A stretch of DNA of 24,000 bases from Natronolimnobius sp. AArcel1 (GCF_011043775.1 NZ_JAAKXY010000001.1:263617-287616); one strand, 5' to 3'; shown: positions 8,714 through 16,594, numbered from the stretch's first letter. Translations and numbers: made by a program. The notes: generated by a model not told the origin, from the sequence alone.

Positions 8714-9523
8714 ATGACTGTTCCGCTGAGCTATCTCGAGTTTCACGTGCTGTTTATTCTACCACCGATTGCGTTCCTCGCGTGGCTTGCAATCCGTCGC
8801 GAGGACGCTTGGTGGGGGCGCGATCCGCTATCGGCGGTTGCCATCGTCTGTGCGCTCGCGCTCGTCTACACGACGCCGTGGGACAACCTGCTTATCGCCG
8901 AGGGCGTCTGGTGGTACGGTGACGGCGCCGTCGCCGCGACGATCTGGCACGCGCCACTCGGGGAATACTTGTTCTTCGTTCTGCAACCAGTCCTCACCGC
9001 GTTCTGGCTGTTCCAGTGGCCCCAGATTGCCGATCGGTCGTTAGCACTTCCGCGCAGCCATCGCGTTCTCGGTGCAAGCGCCGGTGTAGCTGTCTCCCTC
9101 TTTGGCTACCTGTTGCTATCGCTCGAGACACAGTCGACGATTTATCTGGGAGCGATCTTCCTCTGGGCTGGCCCAATCCTGGCGATTCAATGGGGGTTTG
9201 GCCTGTCTTACCTCTGGGAAGTCCGTTGGACTGTCGCAATCGGCATCGCCGTTCCGACGCTCTATCTCTGGGTTGCCGACCGAATCGCAATCGGGCTCGG
9301 AATATGGCAGATTTCTGAAGTACATACGATTGGGTACGATCTCTTCGGGTTGCCAATCGAAGAAGCCGTTTTCTTCCTCGTCACGAACATTTTCGTGGTT
9401 CAGACCGTTGTCCTCTATCTGTGGCTGCTTGAGCGCCGTCACGAACTGCCGGAACTGGTGCCCGTGCCCGCCCGATTCCAAAACTCTCACCCGACGGCTG
9501 AAGTCGACCGCGATGACTCCTAA
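8714..9523 (+). CDS. crtY: Lycopene beta-cyclase, fused heterodimeric (CrtYcd-type) lycopene cyclase domain protein
   Basis: Polytopic membrane protein with two lycopene-cyclase-domain repeats: YTTPWDNLLIAEGVWWY and WVADRIAIGLGIWQIS. I start it at the ATG at 8714 (MTVPLSYLEFHVLF...). The track ORF begins at a GTG at 8579 with a basic, non-protein-like leader. Confidence 0.85.
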   Translation: MTVPLSYLEFHVLFILPPIAFLAWLAIRREDAWWGRDPLSAVAIVCALALVYTTPWDNLLIAEGVWWYGDGAVAATIWHAPLGEYLFFVLQPVLTAFWLFQWPQIADRSLALPRSHRVLGASAGVAVSLFGYLLLSLETQSTIYLGAIFLWAGPILAIQWGFGLSYLWEVRWTVAIGIAVPTLYLWVADRIAIGLGIWQISEVHTIGYDLFGLPIEEAVFFLVTNIFVVQTVVLYLWLLERRHELPELVPVPARFQNSHPTAEVDRDDS

Positions 9524-10601
9524 CGACTCCAGTCAAAGCGATCAATCGGGGCGAGCACCAGTCGAGAGGCCACTCTCCTCAACTGCCACCCCGATAGCTC
9601 TCGAGACAGCAAGACTCACAACCCTCGCGTTCGCTGTGATGGTACTTGGAATCGGCGTCACGCTCGCGGCACTCGTCGATAGCATGCCGCTAGCGGTGCA
9701 AGCAGTGCCACTTGCAGCCAGCGTCCTCATCCTCGGACTTCCGCACGGAGCAATCGACCATCTCGTGCTTCCGCGCGCTCGCGGCGAGCCGGTCACCCGC
9801 CGGTCGGTCGGACTCGTCTGTTCGGGCTACCTCGTACTCGCCGCAGGCTACGTGCTCCTGTGGCTGGTCGAGCCAGTCGTCGCGTTTGTCGGGTTTATTC
9901 TATTAACGGTCGTTCACTGGGGGCAAGGCGACGTCTTTGCCCTCCTCGAGCTACTGGGCACCGACCACCTCGAGACCCGAGGGCAACGTCTCCTCGCACT
10001 CTGTGTCCGTGGCGGAATCCCCATGTTTGTCCCGCTGGTCGCGTTTCCGGACCAGTATGCGTTCGTCGCGACCGCCGTCATCAACCTGTTCGAACCGGCC
10101 ACAGCGGCCACACTCGAGCCCGCGTTCGATCTGAGAGTCCGCGCGTGGGTGGCGATGACTATCGTCACACTCGTCGTGACCTCGCTCGTGTGGGGGCTCC
10201 TGCGGATGGGTCCATCCCGGTCGTGGCTGCTCGATGCTGGCGAGACCGTCGGGCTCCTTGTCTTCTTTGCGGTCGTGCCACCGATTCTTGCAATCGGACT
10301 CTACTTCGCCGGTTGGCACTCGGTCCGGCACATCCTTCGCACCATGCTCGTCGATACCCGCGCGACCGCCGCGCTCGAGCGACGCGACATCCGCGCTGCA
10401 ACGTGGCGATTCACTCGAGACGCAACGCCACTGACCGCCGGCGCGCTGATCGTTCTCGGTGGCCTCGCACTCGCCGTTCCACAAACGCCGGCGACGCCGA
10501 CGGACCTACTGGGCCTCTATCTGGTCTGTCTCGCTATCTTGACGCTTCCCCATACTGTCATTGTCTCGTTGCTCGACCGGGAACAGAACGTGTGGGCGTG
10601 A
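9513..10601 (+). CDS. blh: Brp/Blh-family beta-carotene 15,15'-dioxygenase (retinal synthesis)
   Basis: Membrane protein with the four conserved His motifs of the family: LPHGAIDH, VHWGQGD, AGWHSVRH and LPHTV. The in-frame ATG at 9513 (MTPNDSS...) overlaps the crtY 3' end by 11 nt. The 137 codons upstream in track ORF 9102..10601 are an out-of-frame read-through of crtY. Confidence 0.85.
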   Translation: MTPNDSSQSDQSGRAPVERPLSSTATPIALETARLTTLAFAVMVLGIGVTLAALVDSMPLAVQAVPLAASVLILGLPHGAIDHLVLPRARGEPVTRRSVGLVCSGYLVLAAGYVLLWLVEPVVAFVGFILLTVVHWGQGDVFALLELLGTDHLETRGQRLLALCVRGGIPMFVPLVAFPDQYAFVATAVINLFEPATAATLEPAFDLRVRAWVAMTIVTLVVTSLVWGLLRMGPSRSWLLDAGETVGLLVFFAVVPPILAIGLYFAGWHSVRHILRTMLVDTRATAALERRDIRAATWRFTRDATPLTAGALIVLGGLALAVPQTPATPTDLLGLYLVCLAILTLPHTVIVSLLDREQNVWA

Positions 10602-10724
10602 TACAGCCAACCATACTACGCGACCGTGACCCTGTCTGGCGAATAGAGCGGTCACTCGAGGCGGTGTTTCACTTTCACTCCACTGGCCAAACCCTCTTAC
10701 ATACCCGGCCCCGAGTCGGCACCA

Positions 10725-13604
10725 ATGAGCGGGCTCGCGGACCTCGAGTTGCCCCTTTCCGACGACGAGTTGCCCTTTGACCCCGACGCGGCGACGATCA
10801 CCGACAGCGACATCTTCGGCCTGCTCGAGCCCGCAGTCCAGGAGTGGTGGCTCGAGGAATTCGGCGAGTACGTCCCTGAGAACGAGGGCTTTTTTACGCC
10901 GCCACAGCGCGGCGCAATCCCGAAAATCCACGACGAGAAGAACACGCTGATCTGTGCGCCGACCGGCTCGGGCAAAACCATGTCGTCGTTCCTCTCGATC
11001 ATCAACTACCTCTACCAACTGGACCGCGATACGGACGCGGGCCTCGAGAACGCCGTCTACTGTCTGTACATCTCCCCCCTCAAATCGCTCGCAAACGACA
11101 TCCATCGGAACCTCGAGGTGCCACTCGAGGGCATCGAATCGATTGCTGCCGACCGCGGCGAACCGATGGGTGAGATTCGCCACGCCATCCGCCACGGCGA
11201 TACCCCCTCGAGCGAGCGCCAGAAGATGCTCGAGGAGACGCCCCACATTCTGAACACGACGCCCGAGACGCTCGCCATCTTGCTCAACTCGCCGAAGTTC
11301 AGCGAAAAGCTTCGGACGGTAGAGTACGTCATCGTCGACGAAATCCACTCGTTGGCTGCGAGCAAACGGGGGACGCATCTGTCCGTGAGTCTCGAGCGAC
11401 TCGAGGCGATGGTCGACCACGATATCACGCGAATCGGCTGTTCGGCGACGATTGATCCGCTGTCGCAGGTTGCGGAGTTTTTGGTGGGTTACGAGGTGCC
11501 GTCAGGCACCTCGGAAAAGCGAGCGGGGAACAGCGTGACCCGCGAGGTGCCGCCAGGCAACTCGAAGGAGCCGAGCGGAGAGCAACGCGACCCGCGAGGA
11601 TACGACGCTCCTGAAAGCAGTCCGCGCGACTACGACATCGTCGACGCCCGCTTCGCCCGCGAGTTCGACATCGAACTCGAGTGTCCCACGGACGACTTGA
11701 TCAACACCTCCCGCGAGGTCGTTCAGGAGCGGTTTTACCGGATGCTCCACGAGCACATTCAGGACCATACGAACACGCTCGTCTTTACGAACACCCGTTC
11801 GGGCGCAGAACGGGTCCTGCACAACCTCCGCGAGAACTTCGACGCCTACGACGAGGAGAACTCTGGCTGTCACCACGGCAGCCTCTCGAAGGAGGTTCGT
11901 CACGACATCGAGAGCCGGCTCAAAGACGGCACGCTCGACGTGGTGACCACCTCAACGAGCCTCGAGTTGGGGATCGACATGCCCCACGTCGACCTCGTGG
12001 TCCAAGTTGGGTCGCCCAAATCCGTCGCCTCGCTGCTCCAGCGGGTCGGCCGCGCCGGCCACCGCGTCGGCCAGACCGTCACCGGGCGGGTCATCGCGCT
12101 GGACCGAGACGAACTCCTCGAGTGTGCCGTCATGCTGAAAAAGGCCGAGGAGGGGTTCGTCGACTCAGTTTCGATCCCCGAAAACGCACAGGACGTGGCA
12201 GCCCAGCAGGTCTACGGGATGGCAATCGCCGAGATTCGCCCCGAGGAGGAGGTGACGAACATTCTACGTCGTGCCTATCCCTACCGCGACTACTCCGAGG
12301 CTGAGTGGGAGTCACTCTGTCGGTACCTCACCGCCGACTACGCCGGCCTCGAGGACAAGAACGTCTACGCGAAGATCTGGCGCGACGAGAACGACCCGCC
12401 AGACGGCGAGCACCACTACGAGGAGTATCCGGTCGGCGAACCCCTGATCGGCAAGCGCGGCCGACTCGCGCGGGTAATCTACATGACCAATATCGGAACG
12501 ATTCCGGACTCCTTCACCTGCGATGTCTACACCCGCGCCAGCGACGAGTGGGTCGGCCAACTCGATGAGAACTATCTGGACACGCTCGAGAAAGGCGACG
12601 TGTTCGTTCTCGGCGGCGATCACTTCGAATTCCGGTACCGCCGCGGGTCGAAAGTCTACGTCGACCGCACGCATTCGCGGCCAACGGTGCCGTCGTGGTA
12701 CTCCGAACGCCTCCCGCTGTCGTACGATCTGGGCCGGGAGATTGTCGATTTTCAGGGGCAACTGCTGTCCCACTACGAGGAGGGCGGGCCGGCGCGAGTC
12801 CGCGCGTGGCTCCGAGAGTTCCCGTTAGACGACAACAGCGTCCGCGCCATTGCGCGACTGTTCGACCACCAACTCCAGTACGCCGGCCCAGAAAGCGTCA
12901 GCACGCCCGACCGACTCGCCATCGAGGTCGACCGCGACCGCGAGGAGTACGAACGCCACTACTACATCCACTCCGCATACGGCCGACAGTTCAACGACGG
13001 CCTCTCACGCCTGCTGGCGTATCGCTGTGCCCAGGAGGCGACCGCCAACGTCCGCGTCGCCGTCGCGGACAACGGCTTCGTGCTCTCGATGCCCCTGAAT
13101 CGAAAAGTCGATCTCGAGAGCATCATCGACGATCTCTCGGCCGATCAGGTCCGGGATGATCTGCGCGCAGCGATTGCTGATACCGACCTGTTGCAACGGT
13201 ATTTCCGGATCAATGCAACCCGCTCGCTGATGATCCTCAAACGCTACAAGGGCTACGAGAAATCCGCGAGCGAACAGCAGGTCTCGAGCGAGATGTTACT
13301 CGGCTTTGCGGAGGACCTCGAGAACTTCGCCGTCATCGAGGAGACCTACCGCGAAATTCTCGAGGACAAACTCGCCGTCGACGAACTCGAGTCCGTCGTC
13401 GACGCCATCGATTCGGGCGACCTCATAATCGAACGCCACCTCGTCGACTCGCCGACGCCGCGTGCCTTTGGCCTCGCGACACTCTCTGCGAGTGACGTTG
13501 TGCTCGCCGAAGACGAGAGTGCGGCCTTACAGGCGTTTCACGAGCACGTTCTCGAGGAGATTGGCACAGAGTCGATGCAAGGACTCGCCTCTGAATCAGA
13601 GTAG
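10725..13604 (+). CDS. lhr: Lhr-type (large helicase-related) DEXH-box ATP-dependent helicase
   Basis: Motifs: Walker A CAPTGSGKT, DEIH box (VIVDEIHSL), TNTRSGAE, LELGIDMPHVDLVVQVGSPKSVASLLQRVGRAGH. A long C-terminal DEAD/H-associated region follows, as in Lhr-core proteins. Confidence 0.9.
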   Translation: MSGLADLELPLSDDELPFDPDAATITDSDIFGLLEPAVQEWWLEEFGEYVPENEGFFTPPQRGAIPKIHDEKNTLICAPTGSGKTMSSFLSIINYLYQLDRDTDAGLENAVYCLYISPLKSLANDIHRNLEVPLEGIESIAADRGEPMGEIRHAIRHGDTPSSERQKMLEETPHILNTTPETLAILLNSPKFSEKLRTVEYVIVDEIHSLAASKRGTHLSVSLERLEAMVDHDITRIGCSATIDPLSQVAEFLVGYEVPSGTSEKRAGNSVTREVPPGNSKEPSGEQRDPRGYDAPESSPRDYDIVDARFAREFDIELECPTDDLINTSREVVQERFYRMLHEHIQDHTNTLVFTNTRSGAERVLHNLRENFDAYDEENSGCHHGSLSKEVRHDIESRLKDGTLDVVTTSTSLELGIDMPHVDLVVQVGSPKSVASLLQRVGRAGHRVGQTVTGRVIALDRDELLECAVMLKKAEEGFVDSVSIPENAQDVAAQQVYGMAIAEIRPEEEVTNILRRAYPYRDYSEAEWESLCRYLTADYAGLEDKNVYAKIWRDENDPPDGEHHYEEYPVGEPLIGKRGRLARVIYMTNIGTIPDSFTCDVYTRASDEWVGQLDENYLDTLEKGDVFVLGGDHFEFRYRRGSKVYVDRTHSRPTVPSWYSERLPLSYDLGREIVDFQGQLLSHYEEGGPARVRAWLREFPLDDNSVRAIARLFDHQLQYAGPESVSTPDRLAIEVDRDREEYERHYYIHSAYGRQFNDGLSRLLAYRCAQEATANVRVAVADNGFVLSMPLNRKVDLESIIDDLSADQVRDDLRAAIADTDLLQRYFRINATRSLMILKRYKGYEKSASEQQVSSEMLLGFAEDLENFAVIEETYREILEDKLAVDELESVVDAIDSGDLIIERHLVDSPTPRAFGLATLSASDVVLAEDESAALQAFHEHVLEEIGTESMQGLASESE
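11493..11597 (+). repeat. In-frame imperfect tandem duplication (51 nt + about 54 nt) inside lhr, each copy starting with a GC-rich hairpin
   Basis: Copy 1 (11493-11543) is gaggtgccgtcaggcacctcggaaaagcgagcggggaacagcgtgacccgc. Copy 2 starts at 11544: gaggtgccgccaggcaactcgaaggagccgagcggagagcaacgcgacccgc.... They encode EVPSGTSEKRAGNSVTR / EVPPGNSKEPSGEQRDPR. Copy 1 opens with a perfect hairpin, 8-bp stem and 4-nt loop (gaggtgcc gtca ggcacctc, 11493-11512). Confidence 0.8.
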
Positions 13605-13640
13605 GGCTCGAGCCCACCACGAGGATTTCCGACACTAATT

Positions 13641-13650
13641 TTTAAATATA
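13641..13650 (+). promoter_or_regulatory. TATA-box candidate for a leaderless transcript starting at the small ORF
   Basis: TTTAAATATA is centred about 28 nt upstream of the ATG at 13673. This is the spacing expected for haloarchaeal leaderless mRNAs. Confidence 0.45.
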
Positions 13651-13672
13651 GTTCCCTGCGAACAACTCATTA

Positions 13673-13855
13673 ATGTCAATAATTGTACGTCCCCGTTCGG
13701 TTATGATGCTGCCGATTGCCAATGTTGCCCTTCCGATTACCCTCATCCTCCTTATTCTGCTTGCAGGAGGTGCCATTTTTGTCGGGGTACTATTCGGTAT
13801 CGTCACTCTCTTCCAGCGGTTCTCCCGCAACTCCAAAGAGCACACAGAACCGTGA
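13673..13855 (+). CDS. Small (60 aa) hydrophobic membrane mini-protein, hypothetical
   Basis: MSIIVRPRSVMMLPIANVALPITLILLILLAGGAIFVGVLFGIVTLFQRFSRNSKEHTEP has one long hydrophobic segment. A TATA box sits at the correct distance. Its stop overlaps the only plausible start (GTG at 13852) of the next gene, forming GTGA. Against it: GC3 bias is weak. Confidence 0.4.
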   Translation: MSIIVRPRSVMMLPIANVALPITLILLILLAGGAIFVGVLFGIVTLFQRFSRNSKEHTEP

Positions 13856-14499
13856 GGAGGGAACAAACACACTACAGCAAAGCGTGGTATAATGCGCTCA
13901 GTCCGTACTATGACGTCCTCGTTGATCCTGTTCAGGGTCGTCTTCGGGGACGCGGAATTGAGTACCTCGGCGTCTCTCCCGACGACCGCGTTCTCGACAT
14001 TGGCTGTGGGACCGGTCGCGGGGTGGCCACACTGCAGAACGCTGTCGGATCGGACGGCCAGGTCATCGGGATCGACATTGCAGAGCAGATGTGCCAACTC
14101 GCACGGGACCAGCTTGACGACGAGGATCCATCCGTGGTTGTCTGCGGCAATGCACTGTCGTTGCCATTCGATACCGACAGCTTCGACGTTGTCCTCGCGA
14201 GTTTCACGCTCGAGTTATTCGCCGACGATCATCGGACAACTGTACTCGAGGAAATCCATCGTGTGCTTAGACCAGGCGGTCGAATCTGTGTCATCAGCCC
14301 CACGACAGCGGCGAGCGATACCATCTCGCTGCTCTATACGCGACTCAACGACGTTTTTCCGACGCTGGTCGATAGTCGACCGCTCGATGTCAGTACCGTC
14401 CTTACGAACGCCGGATTCGGCGTCGTTCAGACCCACATCGAGTGGGTTCTCGTCGTCCCGGTCGAACTCGTCGTTGCCCACTGTGGGTTGCGTGGCTGA
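13852..14499 (+). CDS. Class I SAM-dependent methyltransferase (type 11, UbiE/COQ5-like)
   Basis: SAM motif I VLDIGCGTGRG, then an acidic post-I residue (IGIDIAEQM), then LPFDTDSFDVVLASFTLE and LRPGGRICVIS. The only in-frame start before motif I is the GTG at 13852. Confidence 0.85.
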   Translation: MRREQTHYSKAWYNALSPYYDVLVDPVQGRLRGRGIEYLGVSPDDRVLDIGCGTGRGVATLQNAVGSDGQVIGIDIAEQMCQLARDQLDDEDPSVVVCGNALSLPFDTDSFDVVLASFTLELFADDHRTTVLEEIHRVLRPGGRICVISPTTAASDTISLLYTRLNDVFPTLVDSRPLDVSTVLTNAGFGVVQTHIEWVLVVPVELVVAHCGLRG

Positions 14500-14698
14500 G
14501 GGCATCTCGGCGGCACCGACTGCTCCCTCTATGCTGGCCGAGTTTGCCTGCGAGAGAGACACCGCGTATTCCCACACTGCGGTCACTGACAGTGATCGTC
14601 TATCGAAGTGTCATAGAAGAGTCACATCGGCTACCGATTATCAATGTCCTCGAGTCGACGCCGACAGGTACAAACCTCCAATCGTTCCAGTTCGTGAT

Positions 14699-15685
14699 AT
14701 GCCCGGGAAGGTACCGCCGGAGAAGTTGCTCACACACGTCTTCAATCGGACGGGAACCACTGACACAGACGAGACGATCATCCAGGGGCCAGCCCATGGC
14801 GAGGACGCCGCGGCCATCGACTGGCCGGGCGGCAACCTTGTCGTGAGTTCCGACCCGATCTCGCTCGCCGCCTCGAAGGTCGGCACCCTCGGCGTCGCCA
14901 TCGCCTGTAACGACGTCGCTGCGGCCGGGGCCGACCCACGCTGGCTGACCGCCGTTATCTTGCTCCCCGGCGAGAGCGCCGACCTCGAGACCATCACGAC
15001 CGATCTCGACGCCGCTGCGAACGATGTCGGTGCGTCGATTGTCGGCGGCCACTCCGAGTACGTCGACCAACTCGAGCGCCCACTGCTCTCGTTGACGGCG
15101 ATGGGTGCGACCGAGACGGTGATCCCGACCGGCGGGGCCGAACCCGGCGACCGAGTGATTTTGACGAAAGCGGCGGGCATCGAAGGAACCGCGATCCTCG
15201 CGTCTGATTTCGGCGACGAGTTCGACATTGACGACGACCTGCGCAAGCGCGCTGAAGCGTTTCTCGAGGACCTCTCGATCGTTCCAGATGCCCGCGTCGT
15301 CCGCGAGTACGCGACGGCGATGCACGATCCGACCGAAGGCGGTGTTGTGGCCGGACTACGGGAACTCGCCCGCGCCTCGGATGTTCGCCTCGAGGTCGAC
15401 CGTGATGCGGTCCCGGTCCGTTCGGAAACCCGGCGGCTCTGTGACGCGGCCAACGTGGATCCGCTCCAGATTTTCGGCTCGGGTGCGTTGCTCGCGACCG
15501 TTCCAGCAGGCGCTGTCGATGACTGCCTCGCAGATCTCGCAAACGCCGGGATCGCAGCCGCCGAAATCGGCATCGCAACGGCTGGCGGCTCGGATGTGTT
15601 ACTCGAGGGCGAGCCACTGACCGGCTCGCTCGAGGACGATCTGTATCCGCTCTGGGAGTCGGCTGACAGCGACGCCGATGCCTAA
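14699..15685 (+). CDS. AIR synthase-related (PurM superfamily, HypE/ThiL-like) protein
   Basis: MPGKVPPEKLLTHVF..., GEDAAAIDWPGGNLVVSSDPISL, VGTLGVAIACNDVAAAGADPRWLT, IVGGHSEY and PGDRVILTKAAGIEGTAILAS match the PurM-like N- and C-domain pattern. The start is the in-frame ATG at 14699. Track ORF 13892..15685 upstream of that is Ser/Arg-rich and overlaps the methyltransferase. Confidence 0.85.
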   Translation: MPGKVPPEKLLTHVFNRTGTTDTDETIIQGPAHGEDAAAIDWPGGNLVVSSDPISLAASKVGTLGVAIACNDVAAAGADPRWLTAVILLPGESADLETITTDLDAAANDVGASIVGGHSEYVDQLERPLLSLTAMGATETVIPTGGAEPGDRVILTKAAGIEGTAILASDFGDEFDIDDDLRKRAEAFLEDLSIVPDARVVREYATAMHDPTEGGVVAGLRELARASDVRLEVDRDAVPVRSETRRLCDAANVDPLQIFGSGALLATVPAGAVDDCLADLANAGIAAAEIGIATAGGSDVLLEGEPLTGSLEDDLYPLWESADSDADA

Positions 15686-15824
15686 CAGTAGATAGTAGTA
15701 CGGTTTCGTTAGTTAGAGTGATTGGTGAAAATCGCGGTCAGTACAGGGCAAAGACATACCGAGTCGGTCCCGAACACGAAACACGAAATCTGTTCGTATT
15801 TCAGTTTCGCAGTCCCGTGAAGGG

Positions 15825-15830
15825 TATTTA
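15825..15830 (+). promoter_or_regulatory. TATA-like element upstream of the HTH_10 regulator
   Basis: TATTTA lies 26-31 nt upstream of the ATG at 15856. Confidence 0.35.
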
Positions 15831-15855
15831 CGCTCAGGGAGCCACAGATTGGACG

Positions 15856-16515
15856 ATGGCTACAGAGGCTTCCTTTACGGTACCATCCGACGAGTTCCCG
15901 TTGGGAACAGTGTTCGAGCAATTGCCGGATGTGTCGGTCGAACTGGAACGGATTATCCCTGCCCGAGACGTGGTGATCCCCTACTTCTGGGTTCGGGGAA
16001 CCGAAGTTGACGATATCGAAGGGGCGTTCTCGGAGCATCCGGGCGTGACGGGAATCCAGTTCATCGACTCTGTCAAAGACGACCATCTGTTGCGCGTCGA
16101 ATGGGCGGTGGATTACGACGACGTGTTAACCACGCTGACGGAGACGGAGATCGCACTCATCGAAGCTGTCGGGACGGACAAAGAGTGGACGTTCGATATT
16201 CGTGGTGACAGCCGCGACGATATTGCTGGTTTTCAATCCCGGTGTCGAGAGGTGGGGATCCCGATTACGCTCACGAAGCTACACGCGCTCACGCCTATTG
16301 AGACGGCTACCGAGGAGGCTCTCACTGCTACCCAACAGGAAGCGCTGGTGCTCGCCTACGAGCGCGGCTACTTCGAGTCCCCACGCGAAACAACGATGGA
16401 AGAGATCGGTGACGAACTTGGAATCACACAGCAGGCCGTCGCATCCAGACTCCGGCGCGGAATCAACTACATCCTCGGAAATACGCTATCTGACGTATCA
16501 GCGCCCTCTCGATAG
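15856..16515 (+). CDS. Bat-type HTH_10 DNA-binding protein (BAT domain plus C-terminal HTH; no GAF/PAS)
   Basis: The C-terminus LTATQQEALVLAYERGYFESPRETTMEEIGDELGITQQAVASRLRRGINYIL is the bacterio-opsin-activator HTH (HTH_10) signature. The N-terminal part (FPLGTVFEQLPDVSVELERIIP...IPYFWVRG) is the usual associated domain. The start is at MATEASF; the upstream part of the track ORF is basic. Confidence 0.85.
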   Translation: MATEASFTVPSDEFPLGTVFEQLPDVSVELERIIPARDVVIPYFWVRGTEVDDIEGAFSEHPGVTGIQFIDSVKDDHLLRVEWAVDYDDVLTTLTETEIALIEAVGTDKEWTFDIRGDSRDDIAGFQSRCREVGIPITLTKLHALTPIETATEEALTATQQEALVLAYERGYFESPRETTMEEIGDELGITQQAVASRLRRGINYILGNTLSDVSAPSR

Positions 16516-16563
16516 AGGATTTATAAGCGTGTTGGATACTAAAAAGGGAGGATAAACCGTGTA

Positions 16564-16594
16564 GGTCTCAGATACTAGTATCATGAGTGAGACC
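16564..16594 (+). promoter_or_regulatory. Compound palindrome spanning the start codon of the winged-helix gene
   Basis: Outer arms ggtctca (16564-16570) and tgagacc (16588-16594) enclose a perfect 12-bp palindrome gatactagtatc (16571-16582) and the ATG (16583-16585). A further GATACT copy lies at 16543-16548. Confidence 0.5.

Noticed and set aside
9102-9512. Long N-terminal extensions offered by the ORF track (9102 for blh, 13892 for the PurM-like gene, 20423 for the membrane protein, 21512 for the acidic protein, 15718 for the HTH_10 gene, 8579 for crtY, 6096 for the MBL hydrolase, 4003 for the exporter)
   Set aside because: The upstream portions overlap neighbouring genes or are basic, Cys/Ser-rich and non-protein-like. 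In each case an internal ATG gives a typical family N-terminus and sensible intergenic spacing. The starts at 4003 (TTG) and 8579 (GTG) are non-ATG codons.
9860-10780. 306-aa plus-strand ORF in an alternative frame of blh; similar Arg/Pro-rich ORFs at 11681..12304, 12695..13159, 22468..23454 and 23055..23603
   Set aside because: Extreme Arg/Pro/Ser content, typical of out-of-frame translation of high-GC genes. Each overlaps a gene with real motifs.
10506-11420. 304-aa minus-strand ORF overlapping the blh end and the lhr start
   Set aside because: It is antisense to the well-supported lhr N-terminus (Walker A and DEIH motifs on the plus strand). The translation is Arg/Val/Asp-rich with no recognisable domain.
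13642-14097. 151-aa minus-strand ORF opposite the mini-ORF and methyltransferase
   Set aside because: It is antisense to a methyltransferase with clear SAM motifs, and its translation has no recognisable features.
14600-15617. Minus-strand ORFs of 241, 310 and 207 aa opposite the PurM-like gene
   Set aside because: These are Arg/Ser/Pro-rich shadow ORFs. The plus-strand frame carries the PurM-superfamily motifs.
15856-16515. Calling the HTH_10 protein the Bat activator of the nearby rhodopsin/retinal genes
   Set aside because: It lacks the GAF/PAS sensor region of Bat, lies more than 5 kb away beyond unrelated genes, and belongs to a family with many paralogs per genome. The link would be pure speculation.
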